Of a stretch of 64,000 nucleotides of DNA, positions 1 to 10,960 are shown in pieces. The stretch's first letter is position 1; the number at the start of each line of letters is the position of its first letter. Where the stretch lies: assembly GCF_036321535.1 (NCBI RefSeq), contig NC_087454.1:27156001-27220000 (forward strand), read 5' to 3'. The DNA comes from Camelus dromedarius (lineage: Eukaryota). The position numbers and the translations under genes are program-made. The notes under the pieces are model-generated. The model was not told the DNA's origin and made no database searches. It saw only the letters and a list, made by a program, of their open reading frames with translations.

Positions 1-949
1 CTCAGAGGAGTTAAGGAACTTGCTGAATGGTTCTTAGTAGGAGGCAAACTGGAAACTGGAAAACCCCTTCAGTTCAGCGTGCACGCCAGAGTCCGGGGAG
101 GCAGATCCCAATGGTGATCTGAATCCTAGGGTGAGTGTCTCCGACATGGCAGAGCAGGAAGGAGAAAAGGCGGAGCTTCCCAGGAGGAGGAACGTTCCAG
201 TGGCACTCCACGGCCAGGGCCGCCCCCCGGAGCCTCCCCTTCTATCTCATCACACCTGATGCCTGGACAGGGCCAGAGGGAGGGAGGGAGGTGGAGTGGG
301 CTCAGTTTGGGCTCTGCTCAGTCTTGGCTCCTAGACTGTGCCTCGGGTCTGCAGGAAGGAGACAACTTCCCCTGGGCCTGATGGGGAAGTTTCACGTGCC
401 ACTGAGTCAGGGAGGCCAAGGAAACAGACCCGAGCTGGGAGCAGAGGCCAGCAGAACAGCCTCAACAGGGAGTGGATGAAGCAGGGTGGGGCAGGCCTGC
501 AACTCGGGGAGTCACGAACAGACGTGTGGCTGGACCAAGGGGCTCCTTCCTAATGATTCAAAACCCCAAAGGCCTGGGTGTCCACACCCAGGTTAGGAGG
601 CAACACAGCCACGTGTGGCCATGGCCAGAGGGGCTCTGAGGCCCAGGACAGAGAGCCTGAGGACGTGGCCAGCTCGTGTCCTCCTCTTGGGGCAGCCCAC
701 CCTCCAGGAAGTCTCTGTCCAGTTTCCCCCTCACTCTTCACCCAGGTGGCATGTGTGTGTTGAAAGAACCAAGGTTCTCTGAGCTGCTCGGGCTGTTCCC
801 TCTGCTCCTCACATCTCTGTGGCTCACTTCCTCACCTCCTCCAAGTGTTTCTCAAGGGGTACCTTCTGGCTACTCTTTAGAATTGCAACATCTGCCTTCT
901 GCACTCAGCAGCTCCTAACCATCTGACTGACTTCTTTATTCTATTTGTC

Positions 950-1135
950 TGCTCTCTTCCCACTAGAACGTGGCTCTGTGTGGGCAGATACAGTTTTTTT
1001 CACTGTTGTGTCTCCAATGTCTAGACTATTTTTTTTTCACTGTTGTCTCCAATGCCTAGACTAGAACCTGGCACAGAAATTATTTGTAGAATAAATACAT
1101 GAATAAATGATTGAGCTACAGGGAAGGATAGCTTG
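950..1135 (+). mobile_element. L2 3' end with an internal ~35-nt tandem duplication
   Basis: cctggcacag...gaataaatacatgaataaatga terminus; ttttcactgttg(tg)tctccaatg(t/c)ctagacta occurs twice. Confidence 0.55.
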
Positions 1136-1707
1136 AATGCCAAGTGAAATCTGAATTTCCAGGCTCTACTGGGGACTTTGAATAAATCCTTTGCCTTTGA
1201 GCCTGTTTCCCATCTGTACAATGAGGGGCTTGGACCAGCAGTCCCCGGCTCTAGTACACTGCTCTCCACCACCCAAGCCCTTGTCATTTCTCCGGAGGGG
1301 AAGTAACAGGATGAAACCAAGCCTCTAGGGGGACCAGTGGATGAGTCAGCTGGGAATTGAGGGGGAGAGGGTACAGAGGGAGGGGCGGGGCCTGGGAAGG
1401 AAGGCTAGCAGTAATCCTAGGGAAGGATGCACAGGAGACAGGAAAAGAGAGAAAGCCTGGATGCTCGAGAAATTCCGTAGGAGGAGGCCGGACTTGGCAG
1501 TTAGGTCTCTGGAAGGGAGAGAGAAGAATAAAAAGATTGGCCAGTTTAGAGCCTGTGGGACTGGAGGAACACGGTATCCTAAGACCCTAGGCCCCAAGGA
1601 GCCAGACCTTTTATCTTTTCCTCATCCAAATTCACTCTCCTAGCCCCGTAGCAACAGAGTAGACCTTCGTGATGCCCTAAACCATCAGTTAAACATGAAG
1701 TCTTGGA

Positions 1708-1713
1708 TTTATT
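1708..1713 (-). terminator. TREM2 polyadenylation signal AATAAA
   Basis: tttatt on plus at 1708-1713, about 260 nt after the TREM2 stop. Confidence 0.75.
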
Positions 1714-1975
1714 TGTGAGAGTGTTTAATATCCGATGTGCAGAAGTTGGTAGATGTCCTTCCCACTTCCCATGCATGCACACGTGCGTGTGCGCGCGCAC
1801 ACACACACAAAACACCAATCCTTGCTTCCAGGGGCCAGGGAAGCAGGGCACAAGCAGAGTGGCCTTTTGCCATAGCAGAATCAGGAGACTTAATGGCCAA
1901 GGGAGTGAGTGTACAGGCTGGGGTGGTCTGTGCAGACCTTTCCCAGGCCTCTCCTCCAATGTGGGTCCTCTTCTG

Positions 1976-1992
1976 TCATGTGTCTCTCAGCC
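1976..1992 (-). CDS. TREM2: TREM2 exon 5 coding part (GLRDT*), 17 nt
   Basis: Acceptor tcttgcag| then G|GG CTG AGA GAC ACA TGA; total CDS 696 nt = 231 aa + stop. Confidence 0.93.
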
Positions 1993-2074
1993 CTGCAAGA
2001 GACAAAGTACTCATTTGGCCCCTCTCAGCCCCACCTTGCTATCCCCCAGCCACCACTGTGCTCTCTAAGCTCAC

Positions 2075-2271
2075 CTGTCAAGGTTTGGAGCTGGTAACCG
2101 GAGTCATGGCCACAGTCCAGCCTGCTGGTCTGCAGCCACCGCCTCCGTTTCTGCCCATGCCAGGCTGCAGCCCAGAGGGCGCTGGCTGCTAGAAGCTTGC
2201 TGAGAAAGATGCAGGCCAGGAGAAAAAGGATGGAAGTGGGTGGGAAGGGGGTCTCCTCGTCTGAAAGGCTC
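2075..2271 (-). CDS. TREM2: TREM2 exon 4 (transmembrane with Lys186, cytoplasmic tail), 197 nt
   Basis: [65 protein letters not shown]; acceptor ctccaag|, donor G|gtgagc. Confidence 0.96.
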
Positions 2272-2972
2272 CTTGGAGAAACAAAGAGGGCCTGTAGGAG
2301 GCTGTGAGGTGGCCCTCAGACTGGAATCTGTGCTCAGAGAAGGAACGGGGAGACGCCAGGAGCTCTGGGGACTCAGATCACCTCCCAACCCAGCGCACCC
2401 CTGGGTGAGGCTGTGTGGGGCTCGGGGAGGGATCTGCCAGCTTAGTGCTTTTAAATAGTCACTTCCCTTGCTGAGCAATTTCCTGCCTTACGATTGGTGT
2501 GGTATATGTGTGTGTGAGTGTTCACACATGTGTGTTCCATGGTTATACTAACATTGTTTAAACACCAGTACATAGTCAAGAACCAGTCAGAACTGATTCT
2601 GGTCCCACCAGGGAAGCAGGGATCTGGGATTCCCAGTTTTGTACTGAAATACTAAAACTTTCATTGTTGCTAAATTCTGGGGATGTCTGAGGGCTGCCGG
2701 GGAGGGGTGGGAGGTGGACCGTTCAGGAGTCTTGTAGCAGCAGCTATTCACGGGCTGTCAGAGAGGTACTGCGGCATTTTACCAGCCGGCACAGTCATAC
2801 CAACACACACTGGCTGTTTGAAGGGGTGTTTAGACAAGATCATAAGCAGACCCTTTCACGTTCTGATCACCTTGGAATTTGTAATTCTGGGACCCCTAAC
2901 CCACCACCCCATGCCTGTGCTCTGCAGGGTAGAAGACTGCCCAGGGACCTTAGGAAAGACTCGTCACTATAC

Positions 2973-3063
2973 CTGGAGATGCTATGCTCCACCTGGGTAC
3001 CCTCGAAGTTCTCAGACTCCTCGGGGATCCAGAGATCTCCAGGGTCCTGGTAATCAAGGGGGT
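2973..3063 (-). CDS. TREM2: TREM2 exon 3 (stalk, includes EH/SISR shedding site), 91 nt
   Basis: [31 protein letters not shown]; acceptor cccgcag|, donor AG|gtatag. Confidence 0.96.
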
Positions 3064-4438
3064 CTGCGGGAGACAGAGCCTGTGAGCTTGAGGCCATCTG
3101 CCACGGTGAAGAAAACCTCTCTGGGCGGGGTGAGGCCCCCTGGGCTCTGGCCCTACACAGATCAAGTTGTTAACCTTTCTGAGTCTCATTTTCCTAACCT
3201 GTAATGTGGGGCAATTAGGAACACCTCCTTAATAATAGTGTTGCAGGATTCGGTGAGAGCAGCCTGTGTAGCTGCCCACTGCAGCTCCCACCCTCCCATC
3301 ACGCTGGGTCTTTGGGAAGACCAAATGGAATAATGTATGTCTTTGAAAGGCCTGTGTGAACTGTCAAGCCGTCTACACCAGCTTTGGATTAGTGCTTTTA
3401 TTATTATTATTATTACTTTCCTGCCACACTCCTGAGAGTTGGCTGAGCCTTAGACCCTGTAGGGCTGAAAATTTGTGTCTCCTTGTCCCCTACTCCCCTT
3501 TCCCACTTAGAAAAGTGGTGGAGGTGGGGTTTGGGGTCTAGGACACGTGGTCTCCCCTACCCTCCCCACCTGAGACAAATGTTACTTTCGGCCTCCATTT
3601 CCATGATAAGGGAAAAGGAGAGAGTCAGAAAGTGGATATGTAACCCCAGATTTGTTCTTCTTTGGGACACAATCACATTCTGGAGACACAGGCAGAGGGC
3701 TTTCCTGGAGGGCATCCCCTGTGCAAGCTCAGGGATGGGGAGGACCCCCACCCCCACTGCCCAATCTCATCTAGTCAAGCCTGAAATGAGGACCCCAAGC
3801 AGTTAGCAGCAGGGGGCTGGGGCGAAGGCTGTCACTGACCCCAAGCGCTTTTAACTCTGTCAAGTATTTCGTGCCCTATGGGAGCCCTGTGGGGTCTGCA
3901 GCACAGAGACCATCACTGCAATTTAAAGATGGGGAAATGGAGGCCCAGAAAGGAGACACATGTTGTCTGGGGTCACAGCAGTGTGCCTTTCTACGGTTGT
4001 TTTTCTGTATCAGGCTGGTGCTTAATCTGTGTTGTTAGGTCCATTGGGTGGTTGGGTGAGGAAATAAATGAATGTCCTCCTACTCCTTGAGGACCACCTG
4101 CAATGCTCACATCCTAACAGAATGCCAAATGGATAAAGCTGCTTGGGGGAAGCAGGACCACAGCTAGCTCATATGGTGCTTTGGACAAATTAGAGACCTG
4201 TACCCTTCCTGCAAGTGATGCAGCCCTCCGCCAGGGAGCACAGCCTAAAGAGAGGCATCCCTTTTGCAGTCAGCAACCTGCAGAACCATCCACAGTGGTC
4301 CTGAGTCAGGAGGACAAGATCCACACTGTGGGAATTCCCAGGGTCCTGGAAAGCCCTCAGGGTGGTCCTGTACACAGACACCAAAGACATGAACCCCACC
4401 CCAAGAGCAAGTCAGGGTGCAGTCAGCTGCCCACTCAC

Positions 4439-4789
4439 CAGCCAGCACCTCCACCAGGACCTTCCTGAGGGTGTCAGCCTCGCTACCGTGGAGGCTCTGG
4501 CACTGGTAGAGGCCAGCATCATGGGCTTGAAGATTCCGCAGTGTAATGGTGAGTGTGCCACCCAGGGCATCATCCGTGATGGCCGTGCTCCCATTCCACC
4601 TCTTCAGGAAGGACAGCAGCCATGAGGGGTGGGTACTGACCACCTGCTGGCACAGACCCTCTTCACCCAGCTGGCGGCACCAGGCTTTGCGTCTCCCCCA
4701 GTGCTTCAAGGAGTTGTAGGGACAGAAGACACGCAGGGACCGGCCTGCCATGCCCTGGAATACTGTGGTGTTTTGGGCTCGGGACAGTT
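4439..4789 (-). CDS. TREM2: TREM2 exon 2 (Ig V-set domain), 351 nt
   Basis: Translates [13 protein letters not shown]...[17 protein letters not shown]...[27 protein letters not shown]; acceptor ccccag| and donor G|gtgagt. Confidence 0.98.
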
Positions 4790-6293
4790 CTGGGGAGAAG
4801 ACATTCATTCACTTACCAAATGTTAATTGAACACCTACCATTTGCAATGAACCAAAAAGACAGAAATTCTGCCCTTAAGGGACTCAGGTTCCTACACAAG
4901 TTGGGAGAAGGTGGCACAGCCAAGGTATGTGTTTACTGGAAACTGTAAACCAGGAAACCTGGGTCCTGGGTCTGGCTTTATCACCACTGGACTTGCTGGA
5001 CATCTTTGGAGAAGTAACTGACCTTCTCTGGGCCTATTTCCAGAGACACTTGGTCTTGAAGTTCCCTCTAGTTCTAGTCCACACTTCTCCCTGTCACATG
5101 GGACCAAGCCCTCTCCTCTTCCCCTCCATCTCAAGAGAGTAAGGCCAGTGGCCCTCTCAGGTCTGGGGCAAGTTCCACGGGGGGCTGGGTGCCCCTCCCT
5201 GCCCCCACCACGTTTGCTTCCCCTGCAGCTGCCCACGCTGGTGCCAGCCCCACATTCTCTTTCTGACCTTAAGCTTCCAGCTTCTCTGTTTCTGTGGCTT
5301 TGTTCCCCTTTCAGGAGGGACTCGTCTCAGAGCTATTTTGGAGGAGACATGAGATTGCTATTTTAGGGACCCTCCTTGGGGTTGGGGAGATGGGCTTAGA
5401 ACACCAGTCTACTGCCAGGGCAGGGGCTGCAGGAGACTCATCTGGAGCCCTCTGCCTCCACCTCCCCTCTCTTCCACCACATCTTCAAGCACATGGCGAC
5501 AGAAACGTGTAGGACAGGATTGGGGAGCTGGTAGCCTACCTTTTGGAAACAGAGAGACCTAGCAAGTGGTGCCCCCTGCTTACCACCCCATCCAGCCCTC
5601 TGCCGCTGGGCAGGCCCACACACCGCCACCCCCGTGCCCCGCTCCACCTCCAGCTAAGAAGCTCTAGCTCTGTTCGGAAAGTCTTTCCTCTCACCCAGGT
5701 GTGCCAGTTGTTCTGGGGGAGCAAGGGCCACCCTTCCCCCAGTGAGACAAGGCCCTTATGTACAAAAATGTGGGGTGTCAATCCCCACCCGTTCAATCAC
5801 AGAACCTTCAGCCCCTTCACCTCCCATCCAGGGCTGAGGACGAGAGGACCTTCAGAGCATGGGAGGGGCACCCCAAAGATGCAGATTCCCAGTACTGGCT
5901 CTTTTCTCCCTCCCACCTTGTCACTCCTCTGGGGCTAGTTTTATGTTTAGTGGTTCATAATTTTAGGGGCTCTTACCTGTGCCTCTCAAAACTTCCCCCA
6001 ACTACTAGCTAGTGCCTGAGATGCCACCATCAGAACTCCTTCCCTTTCCAGGTGGCTGAGTCCACCAGCCTCTGGTACCTTCACACGTGTGAAGAGTCTG
6101 ACAGTGGGTTCTGATACCAGGCAGGGAGGGAGAGCCTGGGGAATAAGGGGCACCGTGGGAGGAGAGGGGTGCAGAACGTGCCGAGGGTTTCAGCCGCCTT
6201 CTGTGTGGCTCAGCGCTCCCCACCCACCCACCCACCCTGCCCTACACTCAAGGAAGGGGAAGGAACGAAGTCAGCAGAAGGAGGGAATCCTAC

Positions 6294-6333
6294 CTGTGAC
6301 AGAGAGCAGGATGAGCAGCAGGAGAGCCTCCAT
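6294..6333 (-). CDS. TREM2: TREM2 exon 1 (signal peptide MEALLLLILLSVT), 40 nt coding
   Basis: ATG at 6333 on minus; hydrophobic leader; donor ACAG|gtagga at 6293; phase 1 joins exon 2 in frame. Confidence 0.95.
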
Positions 6334-6889
6334 GTCACCCTGCCCTTGTGAAGGACAGCCAGCCACAGAGTGCTTGGCGCAAGATCTTTCCCTTAAACTA
6401 CAGAAAGGGTCGGGCTTGTCAGGCGCTGCTCACAAGAACTGGCTCCTGGGGGTTGAGCAATCATCAGGACTGGGATCTGGCTTTATGATTCAGTGAGGGG
6501 AGTGGGGTCAGGGAGGAGCGGAGGGGAGGAGCCACCACTGCAGCCTAGCAGCACGATGCTGAGGATCCTAGACTGCCGAGAGGACAGCCCGCTGTCCTGC
6601 CCACACCAGCCAGGGTGACCTCACACGGCTGGGGCTGGTCAGAGCCCAGACCAGGGATCACTGCCCTCACTGCCATGTTCAGACCCTTCTCCACTTGTAG
6701 CGCCTGCCATTCTCTGGTTCCAGCCTTGCAAGGGATGGAGAACAGCTGCTCCTCTTGAAGGCCAGGACCCTCACCCAGGCCCTTCTAGCCCTTCCCTCCA
6801 GGTCAGCAACCCTGTAGTGGCAGCAGTGAAGATCATGGCCCTTGGCTTCAGGTCTCTCCGTCCTCACCGCCTGTGTGTGCAACCACTGC

Positions 6890-7060
6890 AAACACTGTCC
6901 ATAATCTTTCTGTGTCTCAGTTCCCGTATCTGTAAAACAGGAATAATAATAATAGTGTAGAGAGTAATTGGGAGGATAACGTGGATTTCTACAGGCAAAG
7001 TTCTTTAGACCAGGACCTGACATATAGTAAGCACTCAACAAAATTAACTAGTACTGTTAC
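6890..7060. mobile_element. MIR SINE
   Basis: tctgtgtctcagttcccgtatctgtaaaacaggaataataata core. Confidence 0.6.
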
Positions 7061-7619
7061 CCTGGTTATCATGGGAGAGGGAAAATTGGCCATCCAGGAG
7101 AGGGAGAACTTTCTCTCCAATTTGCTGCCCACGTTGAGACTCCTTTGCACAGTCGGGCACCTGTGTGCACATGCTCACACAGGCATTATCCTTGGCGCAC
7201 GCACACCTTGAACCCCTGACCATCCTATGAGCAAGACAGGACATGACATTTCCTGGAGTTCTAGGGCTGGGGTGTGTTTCCTCCACACGTGCAGATCCTG
7301 TGAAGGGTGATCCTGGCGCAGGGGCCTGGATGTAACGAGGCACAGAGGTGTGAAACGGCCAGGTGAGCCGCGGATGGGGGCAGGGAGGCGAAGCAACTCC
7401 CTTGGGCAGGAAATGGAGTTGCGCTGGGGGAAGCAGCAGGAGAGGCTGGAGGGGTCCATAGGTGCCTACAGATAATCAAAGTCTACTTTGGTTTCCTGAA
7501 AGCACTCATTGATTTGTTCTTTTATTCATTTATTTACCCATATTTACTGTGTATCTACCAAATGGACAAGGAATCTGGCTAGAGATGGGGAGTTAATGGT
7601 GAACGTAAAATAGCCCTTC

Positions 7620-8640
7620 ACTAAGAGAGCCAACAGCCCACATTTCTATCAGCCCCAAAAAGTTCCCTGGCGTCCCTTTTAGCCAATCCCTTCCTCTGTA
7701 ATCCTGGTCCTGGTAACTACTGATCTGACTTCAGTGCCTATAGCTTCCTGCCCTTTCTAGAATTACATGGAATCATACAGTATGTACCCTATGAGTCTGG
7801 CTTCTTTCACTTATCATATAATTCATGTAGCATGCATGAAGTTGTGCTTCTCAGTAATTCATCCCTTTTTAATTGCTGAATAGTATTTCATTGAATGGCT
7901 GAACCACAGGTAGTTTATTCACCAGCTGATGAACATTTGAGTTGTTTCAAGTTTGGGGAAACTATGAATAAAGCCACTAGAAGGATTCGTGTACATCTAT
8001 TTTGTGTGGACATATATTTTCACTTCCCTCAGATAAAATCTGAGCAGTGGAAGTGCTAGGTCATGTGATAAGTATATGTTCAACTTTATAAAAGCTGCCT
8101 GCCCCACAGTTTTGCAATGTGGCTGGAACATTTTTGCATCCCTGTCAAGACTTGATGTTGTCAAGTTTCTTTTTAAACCATTTCAATAGGTTTACAGTAA
8201 TATCTTACGATTTCGAGTTGTATTTTCCTAATGACGAGTGATGTGGAATATCTTTCATTATTTATTTGCCATTTGTACATCTTACTTGGTGAAGCATTAG
8301 TTCAAATCTCTTGTCCATTTTTCATTGTTTATTATTATTAAGTTGTGAGAATTCTTTATATACTCCAAATACAATTCCTTCATCAGACATGTGATTTACA
8401 AATATTTTTCCAGTTTGTAGCTTGTTTTTAAATCATTTCCTTAAATGTCTTCAAAGGGTAGATGATTTTAATGTTGATAAAGTCTAAATTATTGAGTTTT
8501 CATTTATGATTTGTGCTTTTTGTATTCTACTAAGAAAAATGTGCCTGTATCAAAGTCACAATGATTTTCTCCTATGTTTTCTGTTAGAAGGTTTATAGTT
8601 TTGGTCTATAAGCCATTTCAAGTTAATTTTTACATGTGGT
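7620..8640 (-). mobile_element. Old L1 (L1M-type) 3' fragment
   Basis: T-rich sequence with recognisable inverted L1 3' motifs; boundaries approximate. Confidence 0.7.
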
Positions 8641-9132
8641 ATGCTTCTCAGCAACTCCCCGCCCCTTCCCACCTGGGCCTCATGTCTGCCTCACTATCTG
8701 GCTGACTCCTATCTATCCACCTTTCTTGACACCCCCCGACTCGGTTACCTGTGACCCATCTCCAGCATAGCCCTCTGAGAGAAGGTTAGGGGTCAGGGTC
8801 AGGGGTAGGATGCCTGGGAACGGACCCATAAGCCAGTCTTGCTCAAGCCTGAAGAAGCCCCTGTGATCATTACAGATCTATGGAGGAGTCCTGTTGGTAG
8901 CAACAAAAATGTTCAGAGAAATGTGTGTGACAGGGAAGGAAGAACCCCCTGAAAGCCTGCTGGCCTGAATTCCGGTGCTGGTTCACCCCTAACCAGCCAG
9001 TGACCTTGGGGAAGGGCCCCAGTTTTCAGCTATGAGAGGGTTGAAGGAGGTAATTTTTAGTGTTCATTCCAGCTCTGACATCTTGTGATTCAGGATGTCT
9101 GAGAAACACACAAAAGAAGGAAAGAAACTCAC

Positions 9133-9455
9133 CCTGAGATATACCAGACGGATGGTCTGAGACCAGAGATCCTGGAAGACTCCTCGATTCCACACCAAGT
9201 CCTTTGCTCTGAGTTTAGCCACGATGAAGGGGCCTGAGTTGAGGTCATCCTGGCTGGAGATTAGAGGCTCCCAGGGCTTGTTGGGCTTGTCCAGAGCCTG
9301 GGATGTTGACTAATATAATTCAACCGTGTGCTGATTGTTTCCCTGCACTGGGTTTTCATCTTGAAGCCGTGCCAGGGGGGGCGGGTACCAGCATCTCACG
9401 GAGATTGTCTTGTCCTCCAGTTTACATAGCAGCTCTGGCTTCTATTCTCAGGAGC
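9133..9455 (-). pseudogene. psiA exon 2: degenerate Ig V-set exon of an unannotated TREM-like paralogue
   Basis: Acceptor ttctcag|GC TCC TGA GAA TAG (stops at 9450-9448 and 9444-9442); remnants ISVRCWYPP, KMKTQC, QDDLNSGPFIV, KLRAKD across frameshifts; donor |gtgagt at 9132. Confidence 0.8.
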
Positions 9456-9704
9456 CTGAGAATAAACCCTCAGGTCAGGGAGCCTCCCAGCTGCCAATGC
9501 AGGGCTGTGAGATGGGAGCCTCCCCGCTCAGGGAGCCACCGTCTTCATGTCTACACTCAGAATGCACCCCAGAGCCAGCCTCTGGCCATAGCACCACCCT
9601 GTCCCCTACCGTCCCCACCCCATAGCCCCTTTCACACCTACCTCACCTAGTCGTCTCCCCCTCCTCTTTCCCCATTCTCTCTGTCCTTCTCCCCTGCCCC
9701 TCAC

Positions 9705-9762
9705 CTGAGGCCAGAAGCACCAGCAGGACAGGTGGCAGCAGGTCTGTGGCCTCCCAGGCCAT
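9705..9762 (-). pseudogene. psiA exon 1: intact TREM/NCR2-family signal-peptide exon MAWEATDLLPPVLLVLLAS-G|
   Basis: ATG GCC TGG GAG GCC ACA GAC CTG CTG CCA CCT GTC CTG CTG GTG CTT CTG GCC TCA G|gtgagg; 58 nt, phase 1; begins MAW like the NCR2/TREML4 leaders. Confidence 0.85.
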
Positions 9763-9971
9763 GGATCCTCATCTTGAGCTGGGGTTGGGGGAGGGAAACC
9801 CCTGAGGAAAGAGAGTCCGAGCGGCGAGGATTCAGCCCCACCACCAAAGCCTGCCTCGGAAAGCTCTGGGAACTCTGGCGCTCTCATGCCCAGTTTCTTT
9901 CCCGTCAGCCTGTCTCCCTCCCACAGGGGTCGGAAGAGCTATGAAAGCCCAGGAGGAAATGATGGTGAAAC

Positions 9972-10426
9972 TGCAATAGGGAAGAACTAATCTGACTCCA
10001 TGTTGGATCTGTTTCTTTTCCTTTAACCTGTGTATTCTATTGCTTTTGCTACAAATTAAGAATGCTGCCTATAGCCTGAAATGTACAGGACAGCCTATTC
10101 TCAAGGCTCTGACCTTTAAAGATACAACATTTTCCCATTCATACAGAGATAAAAAGTTGCAGAACAGAGAATAACATTTGCCTTGTTGGAGGTTTGCAGG
10201 AACATTGTGACCTGACCTGACCTGACCTGACAGCTGCAAGAACAAAGGATTCTGACAAGAAGAAGTTTGCAACAACCAACCACACCCCTTGTTCTTTGGG
10301 ACACTAGTCTACCGTCTTGTCCACCTGCTGGCTTTCTGAAGAAAGTTGCTATCACTTGCCCCAACAACTCATCTCTATTTACAGGCCTCTCATGCAGGGA
10401 GCAGTAGGAGCTTGGACTCCATAACA
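9972..10426 (+). mobile_element. ERV1-type LTR remnant (right boundary approximate)
   Basis: Begins TGCAATAGGGAAGAAC-AATCTGACTCCAT, resembling recalled mammalian ERV1 LTR starts; contains a (TGACC)n array. Family not assigned. Confidence 0.55.
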
Positions 10427-10960
10427 AACTAAGAACCTGTTTCTCCTTCTTTCTCCCTTCTCTCCTACCATTTTCTCCTCCTCACCAAAGAAGCATGGAA
10501 GCAGAAAGTGAGTAACACAGTTAGGGGACCCTTCCGAGATCCCCAGCAGTCAGAGACTTCCCACCCAGGCCTGCCTGGGAATTGGAAAGTTCCATAAGGA
10601 CTGAGAGAAGAGGAGAAGGGAGATGGAGAGTTTTTCCAGGAAAGGAGGCCCAGGGAGGGTCCCTGGCAAGGGTTGGGGAGAACAAAGCTGGGGACAGGAA
10701 CACTGGAGGGGTGGGAGTGGGGTTGGCAGAGGGGAAGATGGGTGCAGAAGGAGGGGGAGGAAGAGAGGAGGAGAAAGAGGATCTCCTACCCCTCAGATCA
10801 TCCCTGTGCCCCAGCTCCCAGCCTGCCAGAGTCACTCTGCAGTATTTGCTCAAAGGCCACACTAATCAGGCACATTTTAAAAAATAATTAACATTAGATG
10901 AGCTACAGAAAAACAATCGTCACAGAACAACAATTGTTTATGGTTAATAGATAAAGGAAA

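Noticed and set aside
1-500. Possible TREML1 first exon or promoter (GATA motif at about 241)
   Set aside because: No TREML1 leader is visible; by synteny the gene should start beyond the left edge of the window.
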